A stretch of 32,000 nt of DNA from Formosa sp. Hel1_33_131 (GTDB taxonomy: Bacteria > Bacteroidota > Bacteroidia > Flavobacteriales > Flavobacteriaceae): the NCBI RefSeq assembly GCF_001735745.1, contig NZ_CP017260.1, positions 1,020,001-1,052,000 of the forward strand, read 5' to 3'. A program made the position numbers and the translations under genes. The first letter of the stretch is position 1; each line of letters starts with the position of its first letter. Below are positions 28,826-32,000 of the stretch, piece after piece. Below the pieces are notes generated by a model. It was given only the letters and a program-made list of their open reading frames with translations, had not been told where the DNA came from and did not search any database.

Positions 28826-29683
28826 ATGATAAAAAAATTAACAATACCAAAAATAATATTACTATTTCTTTTTTTTGGATGTAGTTCCATGAAAATAAAA
28901 GAGAATGTTGAACGAAAACTACAAGCACTTCCACTAACAGAAAGTATAGTAATCATTGAAGAAAATGAAAATATAGTTATAGGCAATGATGATGTTAAAA
29001 TAGGGTTGTTTGAGATAAATGATGGTGGACTAACTTTTGATTGTAGTTATGATAAAGTAAAAAATTTAGCAAAGCAAAAAGCGAGAATATTTGGTGGAAA
29101 TTCTGTTAAAATTATTGAACATAAATTACCTAACACTTGGTCAACTTGTCATCGTATAAAATTTATAGTTTATAAATTAAAAAATATAGAAAATTATCAG
29201 ACAGAATTTGTATGGAGTAAAAAAAACAAACTAGAATGGGAATTGTTTAGAGGCACACCGAAAATTGACAAATCTTCTTTCTTTTGCGGTTACATAGATG
29301 TCGATTTTAATGAAATGAATTTCCCTAAAGGTAAAGGTAAAGTCGATATTACTCCTGTTTTTTTATTTGATTGCTCATATATTCAGCCTTTAAAAAAGAA
29401 TAAATATCTTCTTGAATATAATCAAGTGAAGTTTGATTTATTAGAGTTTTATTCTAGAAAAATGAGAAGTGAATTTCAAAAAGCAGATATTAATTCAGAA
29501 GACAAATGGCTGAAATTTGCTAAAAAAATATATGATAACATTTATAAAGAATTTGAAACAGATTTATTCAATTTAGAAACTGAAACAGACTTTGGAGAAA
29601 ATTATTCTGGTTTATTAAGCTGGAAATTTAAATCAGATGAAAATTTGAAGACTTTGAAAGAGTTTTCCGCTGAAAATTACTAA
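28826..29683 (+). CDS. Hypothetical lipoprotein; the C-terminal half is possibly DUF922-like with a degenerate metal-binding motif
   Basis: Lipobox LLFLFFGCSS. The sequence is AT-rich with K/N/I-rich codon usage. The second half (WELFRGTP...LLEYNQVKFDLLEFYSRKMR) resembles the DUF922 pattern W.dF.G.P...LL.HEQ.HFD..E.yaR..R as I remember it, but with YNQVK in place of HEQxH. Confidence 0.6.
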   Translation: MIKKLTIPKIILLFLFFGCSSMKIKENVERKLQALPLTESIVIIEENENIVIGNDDVKIGLFEINDGGLTFDCSYDKVKNLAKQKARIFGGNSVKIIEHKLPNTWSTCHRIKFIVYKLKNIENYQTEFVWSKKNKLEWELFRGTPKIDKSSFFCGYIDVDFNEMNFPKGKGKVDITPVFLFDCSYIQPLKKNKYLLEYNQVKFDLLEFYSRKMRSEFQKADINSEDKWLKFAKKIYDNIYKEFETDLFNLETETDFGENYSGLLSWKFKSDENLKTLKEFSAENY

Positions 29684-29940
29684 TGCCAACTCCGTGTATC
29701 ATTAATGACTAGTTTTATCATACTTACGAAATCCTAGCAGATTTTCTATTCGGTTTGTATTTGCTAAATTAGTTGCTGAAACACACAACGAAATCATACA
29801 CAAACACGTTAGGCACAAGCTGAGAAAAAAGCCAACCGCACATTCAAGTACATTTTATTTTGCTCCTACCTCACAAAATCAAAAGAGCTTTCACTTTCCT
29901 ACCCACTCCAATAATAATATTCTACATAAATTAGGTAGTT

Positions 29941-29967
29941 GTCCCAAATAATTACTAAATTTGGGAC
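29941..29967 (+). promoter_or_regulatory. Candidate abiE promoter/operator: 9-bp perfect inverted repeat overlapping a Bacteroidetes -7 box
   Basis: gtcccaaat (29941-49) and atttgggac (29959-67) are perfect complements with a 9-nt spacer. taaatttg (29956-63) matches the Bacteroidetes -7 consensus TAnnTTTG. The site lies 16-42 nt upstream of the abiEi ATG. Confidence 0.5.
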
Positions 29968-29982
29968 ATAAATAAGCGAACA

Positions 29983-30573
29983 ATGACTAAATCAGTTCAA
30001 ACTAGAATTGAAAACGAAATAAAATCAATGAAAAAAGGGCGTATTCTATTCCCATCTAACTTTGATGATATAGGAAATGTTGAAGTTGTGAAAAAATCAT
30101 TATTAAGACTTGAAAACAAAAAATTCTTAGTAAGACTAGCTCATGGAATATATTTATATCCAAAACAAGACAAACTTTTAGGAGTTTTATGTCCTACAAT
30201 AGAAGAAATTGCAGTTGCAATTGCAGAACGAGATAAAGCACGAATTATCCCAACAGGAACAACAGCTCTTAATAAATTAGGATTATCAACTCAAATTCCA
30301 ATGAATATTGTTTTCTTAACTGACGGAGCTCCAAGAAGTATATTGGTTGGTAAAAGAACAATAAAGCTCAAGCGAACATCTCCAAAAAACTTAGCTGTAA
30401 AAGGAGAAATTACAAGTTTAATTATTCAAGCTCTTAAGGAAATTGGAAAAGACAATGTAACAGCAGCCCAATTAGAAAAAATTAAAATACATCTTGAAAA
30501 AGAAAAACAAGAAATTATAAAACATGATGCTAAACTAGCTCCTGTTTGGATATCAAAAATCATGAAGAATTAA
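29983..30573 (+). CDS. AbiEi-like antitoxin / transcriptional regulator (DUF6088-type) of a type IV TA system
   Basis: The pattern GRILFPSNFDDIGNVEVVKKSLLRLENKKFLVRLAHGIYLYPK...PTIEEIAVAIAERDKARIIPTGTTALNKLGLSTQIP fits AbiEi/DUF6088 proteins. Its stop lies 2 nt before the AbiEii start. Confidence 0.65.
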   Translation: MTKSVQTRIENEIKSMKKGRILFPSNFDDIGNVEVVKKSLLRLENKKFLVRLAHGIYLYPKQDKLLGVLCPTIEEIAVAIAERDKARIIPTGTTALNKLGLSTQIPMNIVFLTDGAPRSILVGKRTIKLKRTSPKNLAVKGEITSLIIQALKEIGKDNVTAAQLEKIKIHLEKEKQEIIKHDAKLAPVWISKIMKN

Positions 30574-30575
30574 AT

Positions 30576-31589
30576 ATGAAAGCGTTTATACAACTTAATA
30601 ATAAAGATAAACTAAACATATTCAATCAAGTCAGTGAAAAAACTGGACTTCCATCCTCTGCAGTTGAAAAGGATTGGTGGGTAACTTTATCATTGAATAT
30701 TATATTTTCATTGTCTTATTCAAAACACATTGTTTTTAAAGGTGGTACATCTTTAAGTAAAGCATGGAATTTAATTGAACGTTTTTCAGAAGATATTGAC
30801 TTGGTAATTGACAGAAAACATTTAGGTTTTGAAGGCCAATTGAGTAAAACTCAAGTTAAAAAATTACGCAAAGTATCCTGTTCCTTTATTGGGAATGAAT
30901 TCTATAATGACATTAATCATGCTTTAATTAAACTAGGTGTTACAGATTATGAATTAGTTATTCAAGAAACAAAAGATACAGACACCGATCCCTTAGTTAT
31001 TGAATTACGATATAAATCTTTAACAGAAACATCTGACTATTTAAGACCTAGAGTGTTGATAGAAGTTGGCGCACGTTCCTTAATGGAACCTGTAGAAAAT
31101 AAAGCCATTATTTCTATGGTATCTGAAGGATTTAGAGAACTCCCATTTGCTGAAACAGAAATAACAATACCTGTTGTTTCTCCTAAGCGAACCTTTTTGG
31201 AGAAAATATTCCTATTGCATGAGGAATTCCAAAAGGACACTAAGTTTATAAGAGTAGAAAGAATGAGTCGTCATTTGTATGATTTAGAAAAACTAATGGA
31301 TACAATTCACGGTACAGATGCTTTGAAAGCTATTGAATTATACGATACAATTATAGAACACAGAAAGAATTTCAATGCAATAAGAGGAATTGAGTACGCA
31401 AACCACAGCCCTCAATTAATTAACATTCTACCACCAGAAAAAACAGTTAAAGATTGGGAAAAAGACTATAGAACCATGCAAGAAAGTATGTTTTATGGGA
31501 CTACTTTATCTTTCGGCAAATTAATGGAACGCATAGCTGAATTAAACGACAGAATTAAAACAATTTCATCATCATTACCACGATTTTAA
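30576..31589 (+). CDS. AbiEii/AbiGii-family nucleotidyltransferase toxin (DUF1814)
   Basis: EKDWWVTLSL...VFKGGTSLSKAWNLIERFSEDIDLVI...RTFLEKI..LH...RHLYDL is typical of AbiEii. I prefer the ATG at 30576 over the TTG at 30546, which would overlap the antitoxin gene. Confidence 0.8.
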   Translation: MKAFIQLNNKDKLNIFNQVSEKTGLPSSAVEKDWWVTLSLNIIFSLSYSKHIVFKGGTSLSKAWNLIERFSEDIDLVIDRKHLGFEGQLSKTQVKKLRKVSCSFIGNEFYNDINHALIKLGVTDYELVIQETKDTDTDPLVIELRYKSLTETSDYLRPRVLIEVGARSLMEPVENKAIISMVSEGFRELPFAETEITIPVVSPKRTFLEKIFLLHEEFQKDTKFIRVERMSRHLYDLEKLMDTIHGTDALKAIELYDTIIEHRKNFNAIRGIEYANHSPQLINILPPEKTVKDWEKDYRTMQESMFYGTTLSFGKLMERIAELNDRIKTISSSLPRF

Positions 31590-31721
31590 TTTAAGGTTAT
31601 TTCTGTTTTGCTAATCTAAAGGCTACCGCACGAATCCATTCGTGTGCTAACACATCCCAACCACGCTATAGCGTGGTGGCAACATTATTACCAGCTGCAA
31701 AGTCCTGACTTAGCAGAACAT

Positions 31722-31751
31722 AAAAAAAGGCCCGCATCGCGAGCCTTTTTT
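31722..31751 (-). terminator. Rho-independent (potentially bidirectional) terminator downstream of the chorismate-mutase gene
   Basis: The stem ggcccgc/gcgagcc (31729-31745) has 6 bp plus one mismatch and a 3-nt loop. It is flanked by A7 (31722-28) and T6 (31746-51) and lies 3 nt after the minus-strand stop codon. Confidence 0.6.
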
Positions 31752-31754
31752 GTT

Positions 31755-32000
31755 TTATTTATTCAAGATCAATTCTTGATGGTTGATCGATTCTTGGTGT
31801 ACTGCTTTAAACAGTTTGAGAATAAACTCTTCACTCAAATTGTGTTGTTCTCCTTCAAGAACCATCTTCCCTAAAATCTCATTCCAACGTTTGCTTTGTA
31901 ACACCGCCACGTTTTCTTGTTTTTTAAGAGCGCCAATACTTTCAGAAACTTTCATTCGCTTTCCTAAGGTTTCAAGCAATTGGTTGTCCATCACATCTAT
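31755..32000 (-). CDS. Chorismate mutase (type II) domain, C-terminal end of a gene whose 5' end lies outside the window; possibly a DAHP synthase/chorismate mutase fusion
   Basis: IDVMDNQLLETLGKRMKVSESIGALKKQENVAVLQSKRWNEILGKMV...LFKAVHQESINHQ fits the AroQ-class CM helix pattern. The frame stays open to the window edge, so the GTG/ATG at 31994/31991 need not be the start. Confidence 0.6.
   Translation of the reverse strand: MDVMDNQLLETLGKRMKVSESIGALKKQENVAVLQSKRWNEILGKMVLEGEQHNLSEEFILKLFKAVHQESINHQELILNK

Noticed and set aside
28804-28986. Minus-strand ORF overlapping the start of the lipoprotein gene, and minus-strand ORF 31037..31240 inside abiEii
   Set aside because: They are short, AT-rich shadow ORFs. 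The plus-strand genes have clear lipobox and AbiEii motifs.
28405-31754. tRNA or tmRNA fragment, or direct-repeat att sites, bounding the AT-rich islet
   Set aside because: I found no cloverleaf-compatible sequence (no GTTCGAATC-like T-arm). The only shared word between the two borders is 8 nt (aatctaaa), which is not distinguishable from chance.
31644-31874. Plus-strand ORF of 76 aa crossing the terminator and the chorismate-mutase gene
   Set aside because: It runs through a strong terminator hairpin and is antisense to a recognisable CM domain. It is very unlikely to be coding.

Overview
This window looks like Bacteroidota/Flavobacteriia chromosome, judged from T9SS cargo domains, a Bacteroidetes-type -7 promoter box and the gene content. 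No rRNA, tRNA, CRISPR array, integrase or transposase was found. All family names come from motif recognition by eye; no database search was possible.

(1) 1-11.8 kb holds a head-to-tail array of paralogous giant surface-protein genes. Each encodes a signal peptide, an L-type (legume-like) lectin head, a long stalk of exact 198-bp (66-aa, two-cysteine) tandem repeats, an SprB-like segment and a T9SS type B C-terminal sorting domain.
- Copy 1 is only a C-terminal fragment at the window edge.
- Copy 2 is intact (1684 aa, 18 repeats).
- Copy 3 (14 repeats) is broken by a 1-nt deletion.
- Copy 4 is a heavily decayed remnant split by a small YfiM-like gene.
- Copies 2 and 3 share a 1.46-kb tract of perfect identity that ends abruptly inside repeat 3. 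This is a signature of recent gene conversion and is the most interesting signal here.

(2) 11.8-27.5 kb is housekeeping. It carries a 1145-aa outer-membrane beta-barrel protein, xth, an OmpA-family lipoprotein, a Tas-like aldo/keto reductase, rlmN, queA, aroA, a MazG-like gene, a DUF3857/DUF3858 transglutaminase-like pair, dtd and rsgA. A 131-bp nested palindromic element sits between queA and rlmN.

(3) 27.6-31.7 kb is a visibly AT-richer accessory islet. It carries two secreted or lipoprotein hypotheticals and an AbiEi/AbiEii type IV toxin-antitoxin pair with a candidate operator. A partial chorismate-mutase gene follows at the right edge.

I see no clearly new multi-gene system. The best candidate for novel biology is the adhesin array behaving as an expressed-gene plus donor-cassette recombination locus.
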